Assembly (NCBI GenBank): GCA_965215605.1
Contig: OZ244070.1
Coordinates: forward strand, 480,001-544,000
Direction: 5' to 3'
Length of the DNA stretch: 64,000 nucleotides
Origin: an uncultured Candidatus Binatia bacterium
Lineage (GTDB): Bacteria; Desulfobacterota; Binatia; UBA9968; JAJDTQ01
The notes beneath the pieces are model-generated. The model did no database searches. It had not been told where the DNA came from and worked only from the letters and a program-made list of their open reading frames with translations. Each line of letters begins with the position of its first letter. The stretch's first letter is position 1. A program made the translations under genes and the position numbers. Shown in pieces: positions 17,615 to 26,561 of the stretch.

Positions 17615-19995
17615 AGCAGCGCGTCGATGTCGGCCGCGGCGCGGGACGCCGTTGCGGGAATCACCGCGGTCAGGACCTCGAAGTCATCCGCCCCGGAGCC
17701 ACGCGCGATCACGGCCTTGGCCTTGGCGCCCGCGGTCTCCAGCGTGAAACCCTCGTCCGCCACCAGCCGCACCATGCCTCGCAGGCTTCGCCACGTGTCC
17801 GCGGCCTCGGCCAGCCGCTCGGCCGCGTCGCCGGGAATCCACCCGCGCTCGCCCGCGGTCCGGAAAACGGAACCGGCGTCGGGGGCCGACAACTCCGGTG
17901 CCTCGTCCAGGTGGGTCAGTTGCAACAGCCGGGCGGCGTGCTCCACGTCCCGGGCGCCGCCGCGCATGCCGTCGATGGCGAGCAGGCCGGGCTCGGCCGA
18001 ACCGCCGGCCCCGTGTTGCAACTCGGCCATGAGCGGGGCACGCGCGCCGGCGTGGGCCAGGACCTCGCGCCGCGCCTCGTCGAAGCGGCCATCGATGCCG
18101 GAATCCCCGGCAGCGTATACGCACCGCGCTCGAGTCAGTTCCAGAAGCTCCCCGGCTGCGTGGCCTTCGATGAACTCCGCAAGAGAACGGACGGGTCGGC
18201 GCGCGGCTCCGGGCGGGACCGGCGCCAGCAACAGGTTGTCCTCGGACAGCTCCCGAAGCACGTCGAGGAACCGTCGGCCCATGGCTTTGTGGTGGCCGGC
18301 ATCGCCGTCGTAAACAAGCATGAGGTCGAGGTCCGCCCCGGGCGCCGTGTCCCGGCTGGCCAGATCGCCCAGCAACAGCGCCGCCATGCCTCCTTCGGCG
18401 CCCCGGCCGGCGAACTCCTCCTCGACGACCGACAACACCGTGACGATGGAGGTCTCCGCGACATTGGACAGAGCGACCCCCGCCTCCGCCGGCGACAGGT
18501 TGCCGCGCAGGGTGTGTATGCCGACCTGGAACACCTTGTCGTTCGACCAGTTCCGCACCGTTTCCACCGCCTCGGCCGTACCCAGAAAGGGCAGCTCCGC
18601 GATCTGTTCCAACATTTCCGCGACGCCGAGCTCCCGAGTCCAGTACAGGCGCGAGAGGCCGCGGCGGGCTATGGCCTCGGACTCCGTATCCGTCCCGAAA
18701 CCCCGCGGGAGGTCGAGATCGGTGAACTCCCTGCTGTCGAGGACGTCGAGCAGTTCCGGCGAACGGTTGATCCACTTCGCCAGGCGCGGCGCGGCGCCCA
18801 TGATCTCGGCAATGGTCTCGAACGATTCCGGACGCGCCGCCGCCGCCGGGCTGTCGTAGGCGCTCCAGTCCTCGATTTCGGGATAGAAGTGCGCGCGCCA
18901 TTGGTCCACCAGCGGGTCCATGGTCTCGAACCAGCGCCGGGGAAACAGCGCCATGCCGCCCATCTGCATGTAGCTGCCGGGCAGTTGCGGCGCCTCGTCC
19001 TCGCCGCAGTGCTGCAACAGCGGGTAGCGGCGGGTGGGGGCGATGTGGTGGTCGGGATGACGCTGCATGTTGTAGAAGAACAGGTTGCTGAGCTTGTAGG
19101 CGGCGCTCCAGGAATGGCACGCCCGCACCTTTTCGTACCGGCCGTTGGGCATGCGGATGCGCCGCAGGCCGTAGTGCTGGACGTAGTTGATGATCTTCAT
19201 CGAGAAGACCACGCCCGCGCAGATGACGGCGTAGGTCAGCACCACCCACAACCCGCCCACCCAGTACGCGAACGCGTACCACACGGCGGTCTCGAGGGCG
19301 TAGCGCCAGAACGGATTGGTGTAATGCCACACCGGCAGGTGGCGGCGCGCAAGCCGGTCGCGCTCGAAGCGCCAGGCCGCCAGGATGTTGTTCCTGACCT
19401 CGCCGGGCAGGTACTGCCAGAAGCTCACGCCCTTGGGCGGTGAGCCGGGGTCCCCGGGCGTGCAGACCAGTGCGTGGTGGATATAGATGTGCTCGGTCGC
19501 ATAGGTGGGATAGGAAACGCACGCCAGGAGGAACTCGCCGAGCCGGCGCTCCGGCGCCGCGCGTGAATGGATCAGCTCGTGGCCGACGATGAAACAGGGC
19601 TGCGCCACCATGCCCAGCACGAACGCCATGGCCACGACTTCCCAGGTGGACAAATGGCCCACCACCAGCACCTGCCAGAGCGAGAACACGAGCGTCCCCA
19701 CCCAGAGCACCGCCCACAGCCACACCGCCAGCTTGTACAGCAACAACTGCCGGTCCAGGGTCCTGGCCGGGTCCATGTTCCGCTCTTCGGTGCCGAACCG
19801 GGTATCGAGCCAGTCCGGGAGCTGGAAGAAGACCAGCGGAGCCAGGATCCACCAGCCTCCCTGGACCGCGGCGTTGATCACCAGCGGGAAGATGGCCAGG
19901 TTCATGGAGTACAGGAGGGCGTTCCGAACCGACGGCTCAAGCATCTCCCGCGCTCCGCCCCCGACCCCGCCGGGCTGCGCCATATCCTTTGCCAT
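17611..19995 (-). CDS. Alkane 1-monooxygenase/fatty-acid-desaturase domain fused to a GlnE-like nucleotidyltransferase domain
   Basis: AlkB His boxes HELIH, EHIYIHH, NYVQHYG, MQRHPDHH. C-terminal half has GlnE-like ALSNVAE, LGDLASRD...ADLDLMLVYD, LTRAR, RGGARDVE. Confidence 0.8.
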   Translation of the reverse strand: MAKDMAQPGGVGGGAREMLEPSVRNALLYSMNLAIFPLVINAAVQGGWWILAPLVFFQLPDWLDTRFGTEERNMDPARTLDRQLLLYKLAVWLWAVLWVGTLVFSLWQVLVVGHLSTWEVVAMAFVLGMVAQPCFIVGHELIHSRAAPERRLGEFLLACVSYPTYATEHIYIHHALVCTPGDPGSPPKGVSFWQYLPGEVRNNILAAWRFERDRLARRHLPVWHYTNPFWRYALETAVWYAFAYWVGGLWVVLTYAVICAGVVFSMKIINYVQHYGLRRIRMPNGRYEKVRACHSWSAAYKLSNLFFYNMQRHPDHHIAPTRRYPLLQHCGEDEAPQLPGSYMQMGGMALFPRRWFETMDPLVDQWRAHFYPEIEDWSAYDSPAAAARPESFETIAEIMGAAPRLAKWINRSPELLDVLDSREFTDLDLPRGFGTDTESEAIARRGLSRLYWTRELGVAEMLEQIAELPFLGTAEAVETVRNWSNDKVFQVGIHTLRGNLSPAEAGVALSNVAETSIVTVLSVVEEEFAGRGAEGGMAALLLGDLASRDTAPGADLDLMLVYDGDAGHHKAMGRRFLDVLRELSEDNLLLAPVPPGAARRPVRSLAEFIEGHAAGELLELTRARCVYAAGDSGIDGRFDEARREVLAHAGARAPLMAELQHGAGGSAEPGLLAIDGMRGGARDVEHAARLLQLTHLDEAPELSAPDAGSVFRTAGERGWIPGDAAERLAEAADTWRSLRGMVRLVADEGFTLETAGAKAKAVIARGSGADDFEVLTAVIPATASRAAADIDALL

Positions 19996-20046
19996 GTCAG
20001 TTCCCGTATCTGCCAACGGCCATGAAATCGAAGGGTTACAGTGTCT

Positions 20047-20074
20047 ATTGTCCACGGGTCGGAAGCCCTGTCAA
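20047..20074 (-). promoter_or_regulatory. Possible sigma-70 promoter of the desaturase-YcaO operon
   Basis: Minus strand TTGACA-16 bp-GACAAT about 50 bp upstream of ATG 19995. Confidence 0.3.
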
Positions 20075-20106
20075 GACGAGGCGCGGGACCGTCATCCGCT
20101 TCCGCT

Positions 20107-20961
20107 TCACCCGAATCCCGGCGTCCGTCCCTCCAGCAGCGCCCCCAACTCCTCCGCCCGGAACTGCAACCCCAGATAGAACGGCCCGAACAGGCCGTAG
20201 AGGGCGCTGGCTTCGTCGAAGCGCATCTCGTAGACCAGCTTCTTGAACACCACCGGATCGTCGGCGAAGAGGTCGACGCCCCACTCCCAGTCGTCGAAGC
20301 CGATGGAGCCGGAGATGACCTGGGTCACCCGGCCGGCGTAGCCCCGGCCGATGAAACCGTGGTCCGCCATCATCCGCTGCCGTTCGGCGAACGGCGCATC
20401 GTACCAGTTCTTCTCCTCGCCCCGCTTCTTGTCCATGGGATAGAAGCAGACGTAGCGCCGGGCTGGGATGTCCGGTCGGAGCCGGTTTTCCATGGTCTTC
20501 CGCGCCTGGGCCAGATAGGCCTCCACCTGCTCCTTCCACTCCGGGGTGTCGGGGGCGATGCCCTTCTCCTTCAGGGAGCCGTAGAGCTGGCCCGAGCCGC
20601 TGTAGAGTCCCAGCTCGACCACCGAGAGGTAGGAGGTGGTCTGCTCCAGGAAAGGCGCCAGCTTGAGTTGGGCCACCGCCAGCTCGGCCTCGTTCAGGGC
20701 GTCCATCGAGTCGCGGAAGTGGATGAGCATCAGGTCGCCCTTGTGGCCCAGCAGCGACGCGAGGCCAGTGCGGCCATTGGCGGCGTGCTCCACCGATTTC
20801 AGGGCGGCTGTCGCTTCGTCGACGGCCTTCTGACGCGGCCCGGCACCCAGCGCGTTCCACTCCGGCCAGCGGATGCGGAACATCTGGTGCAGGATGCTCC
20901 AGCCCTCCAGGGTGAGGGGGACGGGAGGGGAGTCCGCACTATTGGGATCGACATCGGACAC
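20107..20961 (-). CDS. hemQ: Coproheme decarboxylase (HemQ/ChdC, chlorite dismutase family)
   Basis: EGWSILHQMF, GHKGDLM, SVVELGLY, YPMDKKR...NWY, GFDDWEWGVDLF, EMRFDEASALYG; GTG start 20961 with GAAGAGG RBS. Confidence 0.85.
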   Translation of the reverse strand: MSDVDPNSADSPPVPLTLEGWSILHQMFRIRWPEWNALGAGPRQKAVDEATAALKSVEHAANGRTGLASLLGHKGDLMLIHFRDSMDALNEAELAVAQLKLAPFLEQTTSYLSVVELGLYSGSGQLYGSLKEKGIAPDTPEWKEQVEAYLAQARKTMENRLRPDIPARRYVCFYPMDKKRGEEKNWYDAPFAERQRMMADHGFIGRGYAGRVTQVISGSIGFDDWEWGVDLFADDPVVFKKLVYEMRFDEASALYGLFGPFYLGLQFRAEELGALLEGRTPGFG

Positions 20962-21244
20962 GACCTCTTCAATTAACTTTCTTCGGCAACCGTTTTCAAG
21001 TCGAGACCGCCCGTACGCTCCGACGCCAGCATGCCACGACGCTCCGGAACAGCCCGATTCCACACAGAAACAATTTTATATTGACAACCACACGTCATGT
21101 TTCCGACGTGCACAAACCGGTGAATCGCAAGAGGTTGTCACTCGAACAGGCGCACAGTCTCCAAACGCGATTGTCATTGCGCCGACGGCTTTCGCGGGAC
21201 CCGCCGTCATCTCTCGTTGCTTATTCACGTATCGTATTAGGTCT

Positions 21245-21287
21245 TGATGAAAATTCATCACCAGACGAAGATGGTCCCACTATTGCT
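21245..21287 (+). promoter_or_regulatory. Putative sigma-54 (-24/-12) promoter with adjacent palindrome
   Basis: TGGTCCCACTATTGCT (GG-N10-GC) at 21272-21287; TGATGA-AAAT-TCATCA at 21245-21260. Confidence 0.5.
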
Positions 21288-21337
21288 ACAAACGAATTAT
21301 ATTTCGCATAGTCAAGAACAGAACAAGGAGGGAGTAA

Positions 21338-22378
21338 ATGGGGCAGCAAAACGGACGCCCAATGGAAGAACCGGATTCCGATACCTTAGGTTCCATGATC
21401 GGGAAGAGCCCGGCCATGCGAAACGTCTTCGAGCTCACGCTAAGGATTGCCGCAAGCGATTCGACCGTCCTCATAACGGGCGAGAGCGGCACGGGCAAAG
21501 AGCTGATCGCGCGCTCCATCCATGACCGGAGCAGACGCGCAGGGCAACCCTTCGTTGCCGTCAACTGTGGAGCGATACCTGAGGAACTCCTGGAGAACGA
21601 GCTATTCGGCCACGTCAGGGGTGCGTTCACCGGCGCGCAACATTCCCGGTCGGGGCGGTTCATGACCGCCAGGGAGGGCACCATATTCCTGGATGAAATC
21701 GGCGAGACAACCCCTCGCCTTCAGGCGAAGCTGTTGCGAGTGCTCCAGGAACGTGAGTTCAATCCGTTGGGGAGCGATGTCGCCACTCGGACCAATGCCC
21801 GTTTCGTTGCAGCCACCAATCGAGACCTGCGGCAGGCGATACCCGCCGGCGAGTTTCGTGAAGATCTCTACTACCGTCTCGCCATACTCTCCCTGGAGCT
21901 GCCTCCGCTGAGGGCGCGCCGGGAAGACATACCTCCCCTGGTGGAGCACTTCCTGCAACGTTTCAGCGGAGAACATCGGCGCACCATCGACGAAACGGCC
22001 ATGAAGCGGCTGCAGGCCCATGACTGGCCCGGCAACGTCAGAGAAATGGAGAATCTCATCGAACGCCTGGTGACGTTGACGGATTGCGATGAGATCCACG
22101 TCGACGACCTCCCGGAACTGGCGGGCCACCTCGCGCCACACCCTCCTGACACGCCTCTGAATGGGTTCACCCTGCCAAGCGACGGCATCGATATCGACGG
22201 CTGCATCCAGCGATTCCAGCGCGAGATGATGCTGCAGGCGCTGGAGTGCGCGCACGGCAACAAGACAGTCGCGGCCAACCTGCTGGGACTGAACCGCACC
22301 ACCTTCATCGAGCGGATGCGGCGCCACGGCCTGGGTTCGCTGGTGCCACGACGGCTGGCGGCTCCCAATGGCCGCTGA
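21338..22378 (+). CDS. Sigma-54-dependent transcriptional activator (AAA+ and Fis HTH, no N-terminal sensor)
   Basis: [35 protein letters not shown]-terminal [15 protein letters not shown]. Confidence 0.92.
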   Translation: MGQQNGRPMEEPDSDTLGSMIGKSPAMRNVFELTLRIAASDSTVLITGESGTGKELIARSIHDRSRRAGQPFVAVNCGAIPEELLENELFGHVRGAFTGAQHSRSGRFMTAREGTIFLDEIGETTPRLQAKLLRVLQEREFNPLGSDVATRTNARFVAATNRDLRQAIPAGEFREDLYYRLAILSLELPPLRARREDIPPLVEHFLQRFSGEHRRTIDETAMKRLQAHDWPGNVREMENLIERLVTLTDCDEIHVDDLPELAGHLAPHPPDTPLNGFTLPSDGIDIDGCIQRFQREMMLQALECAHGNKTVAANLLGLNRTTFIERMRRHGLGSLVPRRLAAPNGR

Positions 22379-22466
22379 CCGCCGCCGGCACAACGTCGGC
22401 AAGAATCGGCCGGCAGCCTGCCGGACCCTGTTGCGCACGGTCCGCCGGGCCGATATCTTCAACCTT

Positions 22467-23804
22467 ATGGAGTGGACACACCGTCTCGCCGGTTTGATGC
22501 TGTTTACGCTGCTTCCCGCCGTTGCCGGCGGAGCCGCAACGCCCAAGGGCATGGTGGAGGTCAGGGAGGAGACCCTGGACAACGGCCTCAAGGTGCTGCT
22601 GCTGGAGAACCACCGGAGCCCGGCGGTCACCTTCCAGGTATGGTACCGGGTGGGCTCCCGCAACGAGACGGACGGCAAGTCGGGCATCGCCCACTTCCTT
22701 GAGCACATGCTGTTCAAGGGCACCGAAAAGGTGGCGCCAGAGGAATACGCCCGCACCATCCGCAAGCACGGCGGCCGCTCCAACGCGTTCACCTCGCACG
22801 ACGCCACCGTCTACCACGCCACCATGAGCCGGGACGCCATCGGCGTGGCCATCGAGCTGGAAGCCGACCGCATGGTGAACACGCGCTTCGAGGAGAAGTA
22901 CTTCCTGTCCGAGAAGAAGGTGGTGCAGGAGGAGCGGCGCATGCGCGTGGACCGCCCGCGATCCGCGCTGGCGGAGATCACCAACGCGGTGACCTACGCC
23001 GTGCACCCCTACCGCCGGCCCATCATCGGCTGGCCGGAGGATGTCCGCCGGATGACCCTGGAGGACATGAAGGAGTTCTACCGGACCTACTACTCGCCCA
23101 ACAACGCCTTCATCGTGGTGGCGGGAGACTTCGACAGCGAGGAGATCCTGACGAAGATCCGCGAAACCTTCGGCAAGATTCCGCGCGGCTCCGAGCCGCC
23201 GGAGGTGGGGCTCACGGAGCCGCCCCAGCGGGGCGAGCGGCGGGTGCGGCTCAAGAAGGAAGCACAGCTCCCGGCGCTGGTGATGAACTACCACGTGCCC
23301 AGCGTGGGCCACGAGGACAGCTACGCGCTGGACGTGCTGGAGATGATCCTGTCGCGAGGGCGCACCTCGCGACTCTACCGGGACCTGGTCTACGACCGGC
23401 GCATCGCCCGCTCGGCCTGGGCCGGCTACCACCGGGTGTCCGTCGACCCCACCACTTTCACCATCGGCGCCCAGGCCATGCCGGGCAAGGACATTGCGGA
23501 GGTGGAAGCGGCCATCGACGAGGTCATCGCCGGGGTGCGGGACAAAGGTATCAACGAGGCGGAGCTCGACAAGGCCAAGAACCAGGTGGCGGCGGCCTTC
23601 ATCTTCGCCCAGGAATCCAACCGGGGACAGGCCATGCGGATCGGCTTCTATGAGATCACCGGCGGATGGCGCCGCATGAACGAGTACCTCCAGGGTATCC
23701 GGGACGTCACCGCCGACGACGTCCGCCGAGTGGCGTGGGACTACCTCGACCGCGACCGCCGCACCGTGGGCATACTCGTTCCACAGGCGGGAAAACGCTC
23801 ATGA
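22467..23804 (+). CDS. M16 family zinc peptidase, catalytic subunit
   Basis: Signal peptide, GIAHFLEHMLFKG (HxxEH), NAFTS. Confidence 0.9.
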   Translation: MEWTHRLAGLMLFTLLPAVAGGAATPKGMVEVREETLDNGLKVLLLENHRSPAVTFQVWYRVGSRNETDGKSGIAHFLEHMLFKGTEKVAPEEYARTIRKHGGRSNAFTSHDATVYHATMSRDAIGVAIELEADRMVNTRFEEKYFLSEKKVVQEERRMRVDRPRSALAEITNAVTYAVHPYRRPIIGWPEDVRRMTLEDMKEFYRTYYSPNNAFIVVAGDFDSEEILTKIRETFGKIPRGSEPPEVGLTEPPQRGERRVRLKKEAQLPALVMNYHVPSVGHEDSYALDVLEMILSRGRTSRLYRDLVYDRRIARSAWAGYHRVSVDPTTFTIGAQAMPGKDIAEVEAAIDEVIAGVRDKGINEAELDKAKNQVAAAFIFAQESNRGQAMRIGFYEITGGWRRMNEYLQGIRDVTADDVRRVAWDYLDRDRRTVGILVPQAGKRS

Positions 23805-25120
23805 GACGCTGGCTGCCCCTGCTTCTTTGCCTCCTCCTGGGACCCCACGCCGTCGCCTCCGCCGCCATGAACGCCCAACGCGAGACACTTCCCAACGGAC
23901 TGGTGCTGGTGACCTCGGAGCAGCCCGCGCTCCCCATCGTCTCGGTGCGGCTCCTGATCCGCGCCGGCTCCCGCTATGACCCCGCCGGGGGGCACGGCGT
24001 GGCCAACCTCGCCTCGCGGCTGCTGACCCTCGGCACTCCCGGGCGGGACGCCATGGCCATCAGCGGCCTCGTGGAGGGCATGGGCGCCCACTTCTGGGCC
24101 GACTGCGGCCGGGAGCTCGCCACCCTGAACCTGAACATCCTGAAAAAGGACCTGGACACCGGGTTGGCCCTCATGGGCGAGGTGCTGACGGCCGCGTCGT
24201 TCCCGGAGAAGGAGGTGGTCCGGATGAAGCAGTCCCTGGCGGCTTCCATCCGGGCCAGGAAAGACCGTCCCAACGCGGTGGCCCGGGAGGCATTCAGGGC
24301 GGCGCTCTACCCCGAAAGCTTCTACGGACGCCCGGTGGAGGGGTCGGAGGATACGGTCCGGGGACTTGAGCGGAGCGGCGTCGTGGACTTCCACCGGCGC
24401 CACTACCGGCCCGACCGGACCATCCTGGTGGCGGTGGGGGACATCACCCACGAGGAGATCCGCGGAAAGCTCGTGAAGGCCCTGGCGGCCTGGAAGCCGG
24501 CCGGCAACGAGCCGGACGCGGCGGTGACGCTGCCGCCGCCGAAGCGAGCCCCCGTCAGGGTGGACCGCAACCTCGCCCAGTCCACCATCGTCATGGGGCA
24601 CGAGGGTCCGCTCCGCATGGACCCCGACCACTACGCCATCCGGGTGATGAACCAGATCCTGGGCGGCGGCGCTCTCTCATCGCGCCTGGGAGACAGCATC
24701 CGGAACGAGCGGGGCCTCGCCTACTCCGTCTACAGCTACTTCGTCGCGGGCAGGAACGCCGGACGGTTCCAGATGGCCATGCAGACCCGCAACGAGAGCG
24801 CCCGGGAGGCCATGTCCGTGGCCAGGGCCGAGATCGAGCGGATCCGGCGGGACGGCGTCACCGAAGAGGAGCTCCGGGACGCCAAGAGCTACCTCATGGG
24901 GAGCTTTCCCCTGGGGCTCGAGACCAATGACGATATCGCCGACTTCCTGGGACAGGTCGAATATCTCGGGCTCGGGCTGGACTACGCCGACCGTTACCCC
25001 GACCTGATCCGCGGGGTCACCGCCGAGGACGTCCTCCGGGCCGCCCGGAAGCATCTGCAACCCGAAAAGCTCATAGTCGTAGTGGTCGGGGACCTCGAAA
25101 AGGCGCGCCTCGACAACTAG
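23801..25120 (+). CDS. M16 family peptidase, non-catalytic partner subunit
   Basis: ATGA overlap with the upstream gene, signal peptide, no HxxEH, SRL...IRNERGLAYSV. Confidence 0.85.
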   Translation: MRRWLPLLLCLLLGPHAVASAAMNAQRETLPNGLVLVTSEQPALPIVSVRLLIRAGSRYDPAGGHGVANLASRLLTLGTPGRDAMAISGLVEGMGAHFWADCGRELATLNLNILKKDLDTGLALMGEVLTAASFPEKEVVRMKQSLAASIRARKDRPNAVAREAFRAALYPESFYGRPVEGSEDTVRGLERSGVVDFHRRHYRPDRTILVAVGDITHEEIRGKLVKALAAWKPAGNEPDAAVTLPPPKRAPVRVDRNLAQSTIVMGHEGPLRMDPDHYAIRVMNQILGGGALSSRLGDSIRNERGLAYSVYSYFVAGRNAGRFQMAMQTRNESAREAMSVARAEIERIRRDGVTEEELRDAKSYLMGSFPLGLETNDDIADFLGQVEYLGLGLDYADRYPDLIRGVTAEDVLRAARKHLQPEKLIVVVVGDLEKARLDN

Positions 25121-25169
25121 GAGGCCACCCGTCGCCTCTCCCAGGCCCACGCCTCGCAGGACCGCTCCC

Positions 25170-26495
25170 GTGTCGCAAGAGGACAAGGCAATCCAGATCG
25201 TCAAACGTCTCCGCGAGGCCGGGCACGAGGCCTACCTCGCCGGTGGATGCGTGCGGGACCGGCTCCTGGGCAGGACGCCCAAGGACTACGACATCGCCAC
25301 CGCCGCCACGCCGCGGGATACCCAGAGCATCTTTCCCGATACCGTCCCCATCGGATCGAAGTTCGGCTCGGTGGTGGTGCTGGTGGACGGCGATCCGTTC
25401 GAGGTCACGACCTTCCGTTTCGACGGCCCCTACAGCGACGGCCGCCATCCCGTCCACGTGCGCTACGGCAACCTGGAGGAGGATGTCCGGCGGCGTGACT
25501 TCACCATCAACGCCATGATGTACGACCCGGTGGACGACCGGGTCATCGATTTGGTGAACGGCCGGGAGGACCTCCGCCGCAGCCTGGTCCGGGCCATCGG
25601 CGACCCCCACGAACGGTTCGCCGAGGACCGCTTGCGGATGGTCCGGGCCGTGCGCCTGGCGTGCGGCCTGGGCTTCGCCATCGACGGCCCGACGCTCCAG
25701 GCCATCCGGGGCCAGGCCGCGGCCGTGACCCAGGTGGCCTGGGAACGCATCGGCGCGGAGATCACCCGCACCCTCACCGAAGGCAGGGCTCGGCGGGGGG
25801 TGGAGCTGCTGGACGAAACCGGGCTCCTGGAGGTGATCCTGCCGGAGGTCGCGGCCATGAAGGGGTGCGAACAAACCCCGGACTACCACCCCGAGGGCGA
25901 CGTGTTCGTGCACACCCTGACCCTGCTCGAACACCTGGACGGCCCCACGGAAACCCTGGCCTACGGCTGCCTGCTGCACGACGTGGCCAAACCGCCGTGC
26001 CGGCAGCCGGCGGGAGAGCGGGTGACCTTCCACGGACACCCGGAGCTCGGAGCGGAGATGGCCGTGGATATCCTCCGGCGGCTCAAGCGCAGCCGCGCGG
26101 TGGCCGAACGGGTCGCTTGGCTGGTGCGATACCACCTGCGCTACACCCAGGCCCCGAACATGCGGCTCAGCACCCTGAAGCGTTTTCTCGGGGAAGAAGG
26201 CATCGGCGAACTGCTGGAGCTCTGCCGCATCGACGCACTTTCATCCAACGGCGATCTGGGTTACTACGACTTCTGCCAGCGGAAACTCGCCGAGTTGGGC
26301 GAGGAGGAAGTGTGCCCCGAGCCGTTGTTGCGGGGGCGCGACCTGATCCGCCTCGGATACGTGCCGGGCCCCTCGTTCTCCGCGATGCTGGGGGCCGTGG
26401 AAGAGGCCCAGCTCGAAGGGGAGCTGCGGACGCAAGCACAGGCCGTGGCATGGGTGCGGCGGATGTACCCCGCCGACCACGACGACCATACGTAG
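25170..26495 (+). CDS. cca: CCA tRNA nucleotidyltransferase (poly(A) polymerase family, HD domain)
   Basis: AGGCVRD, DYDIAT, RRDFTINA, EDRLRMVRAVR, HPEGDV, LLHDVAK. Confidence 0.88.
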   Translation: MSQEDKAIQIVKRLREAGHEAYLAGGCVRDRLLGRTPKDYDIATAATPRDTQSIFPDTVPIGSKFGSVVVLVDGDPFEVTTFRFDGPYSDGRHPVHVRYGNLEEDVRRRDFTINAMMYDPVDDRVIDLVNGREDLRRSLVRAIGDPHERFAEDRLRMVRAVRLACGLGFAIDGPTLQAIRGQAAAVTQVAWERIGAEITRTLTEGRARRGVELLDETGLLEVILPEVAAMKGCEQTPDYHPEGDVFVHTLTLLEHLDGPTETLAYGCLLHDVAKPPCRQPAGERVTFHGHPELGAEMAVDILRRLKRSRAVAERVAWLVRYHLRYTQAPNMRLSTLKRFLGEEGIGELLELCRIDALSSNGDLGYYDFCQRKLAELGEEEVCPEPLLRGRDLIRLGYVPGPSFSAMLGAVEEAQLEGELRTQAQAVAWVRRMYPADHDDHT

Positions 26496-26520
26496 GGGCG
26501 GGTTTCAAACCGCCCGTGTC
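26492..26520 (+). repeat. GTAG-type REP-like palindrome, copy 1
   Basis: GTAGGGGCGGGTTTCAAACCGCCCGTG; near-identical to the reverse complement of 58541-58568. Confidence 0.65.
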
Positions 26521-26561
26521 CGGGGCCACCGGACCGCACCACACGGAGGCAACGACAAGTC

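Noticed and set aside
1809-19995. Halogenase, radical-SAM epimerase, lanthionine synthetase or SagB dehydrogenase as in other proteusin/srp clusters
   Set aside because: No flavin-halogenase, CxxxCxxC, LanM or nitroreductase-like gene was recognised in the region.
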